From assembly GCA_963575745.1 (NCBI GenBank), contig CAUYUJ010000181.1:186001-250000 (forward strand): a DNA stretch of 64,000 nucleotides. The letters run 5' to 3'. Source of the DNA: Prorocentrum cordatum. Lineage: Eukaryota. The notes beneath the pieces were generated by a model. The model saw only the letters and a program-made list of their open reading frames with translations. It made no database searches and was not told the DNA's origin. Below are positions 55,970 to 64,000 of the stretch, piece after piece. Positions within the stretch are counted from its first letter, which is position 1; every line of letters starts with the position of its first letter. A program made the translations under genes and the position numbers.

Positions 55970-57165
55970 CGCTGGGCGCCCCTGGCCGCGGAGCCCGCTC
56001 CTGGCTGAGCCGCCACCCGATTCTGGGCCGTGGAGCCCGCCCCCTGGCTCCGCACCCCCCCCCGTCTCCCCTCCCCCTCCTCTGGGCCGCCGAGCCCCTT
56101 TGGCTGCCGAGCCTCTTCTTCCCCCGGGCCCCGCCCCCCGCCCGTGGGCCGCGCCACCAGCTTCTCGTCCCTGTCGTTCGTCCTTCCCGCCCTGGGCCTC
56201 CCCCTGGCCTCGTCCAGTCTGGGCTGCTTGGCCGCGGAGCCCGCCCCTGGCTGGGTCGCCTCCCTTCTGGGGGCCGCCGAGGCCTGTCTCCGCCCGCCCC
56301 CCCCCCCCTTCTCCCCCCTTCTGGCGAGGCCGCCGACCCCGCCCCCCCCTTCCCCCCCCCCCCGCCACCCACCCCACCCCCGCATGAACCTCCTTGCCTC
56401 TTCCCATTCTGAGCCGCCGACCCCACCCCTGACCCCCCTGGGCCCCGCCCCCGCCCCTGGGCCGCGGAACCCGATGTTTTCGTTGCCGTTCGTCCTTCCC
56501 CCTGGGCCTCCCGTCCAAGTCTGCGCCGCTGGGCCGCGGAACCCGCCCTTGGCTGGGCCGCCTCCTTTCCGCGGAGCCCACCCCTGGTTGCCGTCCCCCC
56601 CTCCCTCCCTGGCCGCGGAGCCCTGCACTTTCCTCTGCGATCGTCCTCGCCGTGGGCCTCTCCCCGTTCTGACACGCGGGGCCCGCCCCTCGTCGGTCGC
56701 CCCTCTGGCCCTGGCCTCTCCAGGCCGCCTCCGCTCCGGGCCGCGGAGCCCGCCCTTGGCCCCTCCTGGGCCCCGCCCGCCCTCCTCGGCCGCGGAACTC
56801 CTGCTTTTTCTTGTCGTTCGTCCCCCCCCCCCCCCCCCCCCCTGCTGCGCCTCCCAAGCCTCTCCTCTCTTCTGGTCTGCTGGGCTGGGCCGCGGGGCCC
56901 GCCCCCGGCGCCCCCAGCCTTTGGGCCTCGCCCGCCCGTGGGCCGCAGAAGCGGTTTGTCTCTTCGCTGTCGCCCGTCTTCCTGCCCTGGGCCCCCCCCC
57001 CCTCTGGGCCTCGTCCGTCCTGGGCCGCTGGGCCGCGGAGCCCGTCCCTGGCTGGGCCGCCTCCCTGCCGGGCCGCGGAGCCGTCGACCCTCGCTGCCGC
57101 TCGACCTCCCCCCTGGGGGCTCCCTGGGCGCCTCCCTTCCGGGCCGCGGGGCCCTCTCCCGGCCC
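55970..57165. repeat. GC-rich minisatellite with core CTGGGCCGCGGAGCCC
   Basis: Many recurrences of GGCCGCGGAGCC. Confidence 0.8.
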
Positions 57166-58413
57166 CCTCTGTGAGGAGGAGGAGGAGGAGGAGGAGGAGG
57201 AGGAGGGAGGAGGAGGAGGAGGAGGAGGAGGAGGAGGAGGAGGAGGAGGAGGGGAGGAGGGGGGGGAGGAGGAGGGAGGAGGAGGAGGAGGAGCGAGGAG
57301 GAGGAGGAGGAGGAGAGGGAGAGGAGGAGGAGGAGGAGGAGGAGGAGGAGGAGGAGGAGGAGGAGGAGGAGGAGGAGGAGGAGGAGGGGAGGAGGAGGAG
57401 GAGGAGGAGGAGGAGTGAGTGATGAGGAGTGAGGAGAAGTGGGGAGGAGTGAGGAGAAGCGAGGCACAGAGAGCCCCGCCCCTGCGCCTGGGCCGGCGGA
57501 GCCCTTTCTTCCCTCGCCCGGCTGTGCTTCTTAGTAGAGCTCGGACCCCCGGTGGTGTGTTCGTCCTCGCTCGCTCGTCCGCGCCTCGCCCCCCCTCCCC
57601 CCCCCCCTGGCCCCCTCTGCCCCCCCCCCCCCCCTGCCCCTGCCTCCCCACGATGGCCCATGAGGTCCCCAGGAGAGCACCAGGATGGCCCAGAGGACCC
57701 TCCCCCCCCTCCGCCTCGCCCTGCCCCGGCCCTGCCGCGTGCGAGAGCCGGGGCGCGCGCCCCACTTCTTCGTCGTCCCCTCCCCGCAGCGCCCGCTGCG
57801 GGGAAGGGGTGGGGGTTCGGGCGTGCGGGCGCCACCCCATGCCTGCGAGCACAGAAGATTGAAGGGGCCCCAGGACACACGAATGCATACGCACAGAGGT
57901 GACAGTATTCCCCATACCTTCCCATATTTTCTGGGCGTTTGCCTTCCCCCCCACACACTTCCCATACTTTCCCCATCTTGTCCTGGGAATCGACGATTAC
58001 TTGTGTCTGTGTGTTTCTTCCCTGCTGAAAGATGCCAGTCAACACCACATCATGCCTGGGAGCATCGACCGCGCCACCCCTGCAGGTGAACCAGCCCCCC
58101 TCCTCCGCTGAAGACATTCAGGACGGGTACGGGGAAAAGGGGGGCGACCTCCCGTAACGGATGCCACTCTGTTGGGCTCACTGGCTCAACAAAGAGAAGA
58201 ACGGCGTGAACATCAACTTTTGGAGCTCCGCGCGGATTTCTTGGATCTGCGCTGGACCCCCCTCCCTGGGGCGCGGAGAGCGCCAGGGGCGGCGCCGGAG
58301 GCGCCCGCCAGGGGGGGGGGGCCGGCGCGGGTCCAAGAAGTCCGCGCGGAGTGCCACAAGCAGATGTATATGGCGTTTCTGTTTCTTCTTCTTCTTCTTC
58401 TTCTTCTTTTGGG

Positions 58414-58750
58414 CGCCCGAGTTATCTGGGGTAACTCGGGCCCGGGGTAACTCGGGTTCGGATTCCCGAAAAACGAACCCGAGTTAGCCCTGACCCGAGT
58501 TACCCCTGATGATTCGGGGCTCTGGACGCCCGAGTTATCCGGGGTAACTCGGGCCCGGGGTAACTCGGGCTCGGACTCCCGAAAAACGAACCCGAGTTAG
58601 CCCTGACCCGAGTTACCCCGGATGATTCGGGGCTCTGGACGCCCGAGTTATCCGGGGTAACTCGGGCCCGGGGTAACTCGGGCTCGGACTCCCGAAAAAC
58701 GAACCCGAGTTAGCCCTGACCCGAGTTACCCCGGATGATTCGGGGCTCTG
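58414..58750. repeat. Three near-identical 113-bp tandem units, each internally palindromic
   Basis: Units start at 58414, 58527 and 58640; each holds GGGGTAACTCGGG x2 and the inverse CCCGAGTTA. Confidence 0.95.
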
Positions 58751-58953
58751 AGTTTTCTTCGATCACCAATGATCTCCACGGAGGGGAAGGGCCGACCCGC
58801 GACAGGGCCGACCCGCGACAGGCGCCGCCAGGGGGGGGGGGCCAGCGCGGGTCCAAGAAGTCCGCGCGGAGCGCCACAAGCTGATGTACATGGCGTTTCT
58901 GCTTCTTCTCCTCCTTCTTCTTCTTCCTCTTCTTCTTTTTCTTCTTCTTCCTC

Positions 58954-59125
<172 letters not shown>

Positions 59126-59809
59126 TCGATCAACAGTGATCTCCACGGAGGGGAAGGGCCGACCCGCGACAGGGCCCACCACCGTTGCGTGAGCCCCGGC
59201 ACGCCGCCGTGCCTGATCGCCGCCGCCGCCGGCCCCCGCCGCGCCCCCGGGGCCGCCGGCCTCGGCGGCGAGCTCGGCGAGCAGGGCCTCTCCAGGGGAA
59301 CTGGGACACACAAAGAAATAGACACAAATAAAAAGATTCCGCATATGTTCCCATATCTTCTGGGTTTCTGTCTTCCCCCCCCACTTCCCCTATTTTCCTA
59401 TATTTTCGGGGAAATCGACGACTCATTGTGTCTGTGTGTTTTTTTCCCTCCTGGGCCTCGGCCAGCTCGAGCCGCCGCTGCAGCGCGGCGTTCTCGCTCC
59501 GCGTCGCCGGGCCGTCCGCGGGCGCCCGGGGCGGCGGCTGCGGCTCCGGGCGCCTGGGCTGGGAGAGCCTCCTCGTGTGGGGCGCGGCTTCGGGCTGCGC
59601 TCAGAGAGCACCTCCTCCGCCGCCTCCTCCTCCTCCTCCTTGGCTTCCTCCTCCTCCTGCTCCTCCTCCTCCTGCTCCATTCCTTTTCCTTATGAGTAAC
59701 TCCTCCCTGTCGCACCCCGAACCAAGTTTTTAGGGCGGTCCGAGCGTTTCGCCTGGGACTCCCTCATCATTTATGACACTGAAGCTTAATCATTGACAGC
59801 GCTTTTAAT

Positions 59810-60125
59810 AATGGAGAGCGGGTGGTCTTCCAAATGTGGCTCTCGCCTTAGCGCCGCGCACATTAATGTCAAACATGTGTTGAACTAATGTCACGAATTG
59901 AGGGCGGCCGGTCTTCAAATTGTGGCTCTCACCTTAGCGCCGCGCACATTCATTCATAAAACTTGCAAGACTTTCGTGGATCGAGGGCGGTTCCTCTTCA
60001 AACTATGGCTCTCGCTTTCGCACCGCGCGCATTCATTTCAAACATATGCAAGAGTTTCTAGGATTGAAGGCGGCTCCTTTTCAAAAAGTGGCTCTAGCCT
60101 CAGCGCCGCGCATACTTTTTAAACA
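59810..60125. repeat. Four diverged ~84-bp tandem units (TGGCTCTCGCCTTAGCGCCGCGCACATT core)
   Basis: Cores near 59838, 59923, 60006 and 60090. Confidence 0.8.
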
Positions 60126-60678
60126 ATTACAGCAGTTTCACGGATTCCCATGATCAGCGCACCAGGAATGGCGTTTTGGAAGGATTCGAACATTCAGGAT
60201 TATAAGGGTGCAACACTTACGTTGATTCGCGGCGTTGAAGTCCCAGGAATGGCGTTCTGGCACGATTCAGGACCGCTAAGGCGCAACAGTCAGATTGATC
60301 CGTGGCGTTGGAATCCCGAGAACGATGTGTTGGCATGCATCAGGTCTTCAAACGGTTGCCTTCCAACCAGGCAGTTCCCTCAGGGGAAATGAACCCATGC
60401 AGGGGCCTATGAAGAGGAAGCTTGGAGGGAGGGTTTATTCCACTATCGTTGATGACTCTTGGGTTTACACTGGTCCTACTCCTCCTCCTCGTCCTTCTCC
60501 TCCTCCGCCTCCTCCTGCTCCTCTTCCTCCCTCCCTCATCGTCCTCCTCCTCCTCCTCCTCCTCCTCCTTCCTACTCCTCCGCTTCCTCCTCTTCCCTAC
60601 TCCTCCCTCCTCGTCCTCGTCCTCGTCCTCCTCCTCGTCCTCCTCCTCCTCCTCCCCGCAGGTAGAGCCTGGCTGGCC

Positions 60679-62242
60679 TCAGCAGGCCCCGCGAGTAGCC
60701 CCAGCTGGCCTCCACCGGCCCCCCGAGTGGCCCTGGGCGATCTCGACACCTCCGCCCCCTGGGCGCGGAGCGGCACCAGGGGCGCCGCCAGAGGCGGCGC
60801 CAGGGTGTTGGCACCACGGGGGGCCTGTTGAGGCCAGCTGCGACTCTTCGGGGGGCTTGTGGAGGCTAGTTGGGACTACCTGGGGAGGGGGGGCCGTCGG
60901 TGCGCAACCCGAGGCCCTGCCAGTCCTCGTGCGTCCGGGCCGCAGCGCCGGCTGCGTCCCGACCGCGGGTGGCGCCTGCGGGTCGTCCACGAGCTCCAAG
61001 ATGCCGGACAGCGCTGTGCTGATCTGACTGTGCCCCGCAGCAAGCAGCTGCACCTGGCCCTGCATGCGCAGCATCTCGAGGGACTCCCCGGAGCTGATGA
61101 ACTTCAACACGCCGCCGCAGAACTCGTCGATGTCCAGCTCGCCGCTCCCGTCGACGTCCAGGAGATCGAACATGGTAAGCGGATCGACGTTCCCACAGAT
61201 CTCGCACAGTAGGCCCTTCCCCTCCTCGTCGACGGCCTCCATCTCTTCGCGGCTGATGGCATTGGAGCAGTCGCCATCCAGCGCCACAAACAGCTCCTTG
61301 GCCTTCTTGAGGAGGGTCCGCTTCCTGTGTGCCTCCTGCTCCTTCCTTGCCAACTTGTCGTTGGCTGCCTCCTCCATGGCACTGTTCACTGTCAGAGCGG
61401 TGACGAGATTCAAGAGCACGATCGGGAGAATTAGGATAATGAGCACAAAATACAACGCCAGACTCAAGTCATTCCTTATCAACGGCCTGTAGATTTCACC
61501 CACACTGTCAAGGCATAGGAATTGCAAGATTGTGAGCATCGTGTCGGTCATTGACCCGAAATACTCTTCAACAACTCTCTCAACCTCAGGCTGGTTGACG
61601 TAATTGCGGTCTCGGTATCTCAGGGTGACGACGTCCAGGCCGATGGCGGCGAATATGTACAGCATCATCGCGAGGACGATCAGGGTGTAGAACATCGTGT
61701 CTGCAGAGCCCACCAGCCCCCGTAATAACGTCCAGAAGACCTTCAATTTGACCAGATTGAGAGCTCGCGCCAAACGTACTAGCCGCACCGTCCGAAACAT
61801 CACAAATGTGCTTGCCCCTGCCATGTCGTCACTAAGCAAAGCACTGCCCAATCTGACACATACTCCGATCACCACCAATAAAGTGTCGAACAGTACCCAG
61901 CGGTTCCGGAGACACCGCCATCCCATGCCCAAGTAGCGCATGGCGAGCTCAAGCGAGTACACCACAAGAAACCCATCCTCCACCGCAACAAGCGTAGTAG
62001 ACACGCTGTCGGCCCCGTGCTGGAGCCGACCATGTTGCTCGAGATTGATCGTCGCACAATTTGATATGATGCATGCGCCAATAAAGGTGTTGAAGGCATA
62101 AGACCCCACGATGCCCGCGCACTTCCGCCGAAACGCTTGCCAGCAACTCGCCGGACCCTCGCCAGGCTCTCCCGCTTCGCTCTCGAGCTCCCAGGACTCG
62201 TAGCTGTCGAAGGGGGCCGGCCAGCTGCTGCTGAGGTCAGAA
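60679..62242 (-). CDS. Single-domain (6TM) voltage-gated Na+/Ca2+ channel-like protein with two C-terminal EF-hands (large exon; core ~60980-62150, termini uncertain)
   Basis: S1 FNTFIGACIISN, S2 FLVVYSLELAMR, S3 WVLFDTLLV, S4 RTVRLVRLAR, S5, pore YFGSM..TILQFLCLDS, S6 IVLLNLVTA; EF-hands DGDCSNAISREE and DVDGSGELDIDE. Confidence 0.88.
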
Positions 62243-63237
62243 CTGCAAACCGACGGCCTCGCCGGGCAAGAGAGAAGGCACAACTCCCCCACGCGGCCGA
62301 GAGGAAGGCGGGGCAGGGCAGGGCGGTGGGGCTCCCAGCGAAGACCAGGGCAGGGCGGGGCGGGCCGCGCGAGGACCGGGCAGCCCCCCCCCCCCCGGGC
62401 AGAGCCCGCTGGCCCCCACAGGCCCCCCGAGCAGTCCCGGCTGGCAGCGGCAGGCCCCCGAGCAGTCCGGGGCGGTCTCAACGCCTCGGTCCTGGGGCGC
62501 GGAGCGGCCCTGCAGGGGCGCCGCCAGAGGCGGCGCCGAGGAGTTGAGACCCGGACTGCCTGAGGAGGCCATCTGTTCGCAGCCCGCAGCCTTGCCCATC
62601 GGTCGGAAGCAGCAGGCAGAAACATGAAGCAGGAAAGCGCCAAAAGCAGATGGGGTTCCGTCCGCCCCCCAAGGCGGATGGAAAAAGCGGAGCCACTCGA
62701 TCATTGAAGTAGGAAGGCGCTTGAAGTAGATCGGAATCTGGGAGCGAGCGCGTTTCACGGGCGCTTGCCTTGGGAACATTCGGCGGCGCGTTTCGAACAG
62801 AGCCCCCCCCTCCCAACATTCGGCGCCGTCGATCAGAACCAGGGGAACTCCCCTCCCCCCTAACCCAGGCTGGGGTCCCCCCCCCCGACCCCCTCGGGAA
62901 AGGAGAGTGGGGGATTCTAACTCCTCGCCCAACCTTCTCTCTTCCGGCTCCTCCCCGGGGGGGCTCGAACCCTCCCCCCTCAACCTCCCCAGGCGCCGCC
63001 GCAAGCGCAGGCGCCGGCCCCGGCGGGCAGCGCCGACGGCGGGGACGCAGCGACGATGACCAGAGAGGGCCCAGAGGCCGCAGCGGCTCTTAGGAAGGTC
63101 CAGGAGACGCCCAAGAGGCGCCCAGAAAGGCTCACACATGCTCCTCGACGCCCCCGAGACCCCTCTGACGAGACCCCAAAAGGCATCCATTAGAACTCTG
63201 ACCCAAAACCAAGGCACGGCGGCGTGAAGACCCGAAG

Positions 63238-63750
63238 GCCACACCATCACCACCACCACAAACCACCACCACACCATGCCACCACCTCCACCACCACCAC
63301 CACAACCCACCACCACCAGAACCACCACAACCATTACAAACCACTACACCAACACCAACGCCACAACCACCACCACCACAACTCACCACAACACAAAACA
63401 ACCACCACCACCACCACCACAAACCAACTCACCACCACCATCACCACCACCACCACCACCACCACGGGCACCAAAACGCACCACCACCACAACCCACCAC
63501 CACCACAGCAAACCACCACCACACCACCACCACCAACCACCACCGCCACCGCCACCAGCACCACCCGCCACCCACCACCACAACCAGCACCACCAGCAGC
63601 AGCACCAGCAGCAGCAGCAGCACCACCACCACAAACCACCACGCCACCACCACACCACCACCACCACCACCACCACCATCGCCACCACCACTACCACCAC
63701 CATCACCACCACCACAACCACCACCACCACAAACCACCACACAACGACCA
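63238..63750. repeat. Degenerate (CAC)n microsatellite
   Basis: Direct reading. Confidence 0.95.
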
Positions 63751-64000
63751 CCACCACAGCCACCACCTCCTCGTCGATGCTCTCCGCCAGCGCCGCCAGC
63801 CGCCGCCGACGCTGGGTATCCAAAGACACCTACTTTCAACGACCGATAAGTACCTGGGAGGGGTCGGGAGCTTTCGTTACACCCCATCCTGTCCGAGCTT
63901 CCCCGGGTCTCGCGCAGCGACCTGAGGCTGAGGCTCCGCAGCGGAGAGGCTGGGATCATCGCGAGGATCGCCTTGCAGGCTGGAGCGATCTCTAGCCCAG

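Overview
Repeat-dense, GC-rich eukaryotic nuclear DNA, almost certainly from a dinoflagellate: it carries near-perfect dinoflagellate spliced-leader (SL) relics at 12647-12669 and 38047-38067 and retroelements with DNMT-like domains. 1-14563 (-) is a large Ty1/copia-order LTR retrotransposon whose 3' end runs off the window. Its order is Gag, Zn knuckle, SL relic, cargo with an intact Tpt1/KptA RNA 2'-phosphotransferase domain, RING-H2, protease, two DNMT-like domains, integrase and RT. Its sense strand carries at least 28 perfect, covarying 14-nt GNRA-tetraloop hairpins (GC-xy-G-GNRA-C-y'x'-GC), the most striking unexplained signal in the window. 16936-24961 (-) is a LINE with ORF1, RNase H, APE, RT, ZnF and a degenerate DNMT-like domain. 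The rest is a mosaic of MITE-like inverted-repeat elements, degraded LINE fragments and micro/minisatellites, plus one clear host gene: a single-domain 6TM voltage-gated cation channel with two EF-hands (~60.7-62.2 kb, -). Most ORFs in the supplied track beyond 25 kb are artefacts of GC-rich simple repeats. All calls come from reading motifs by eye; no database searches were run.
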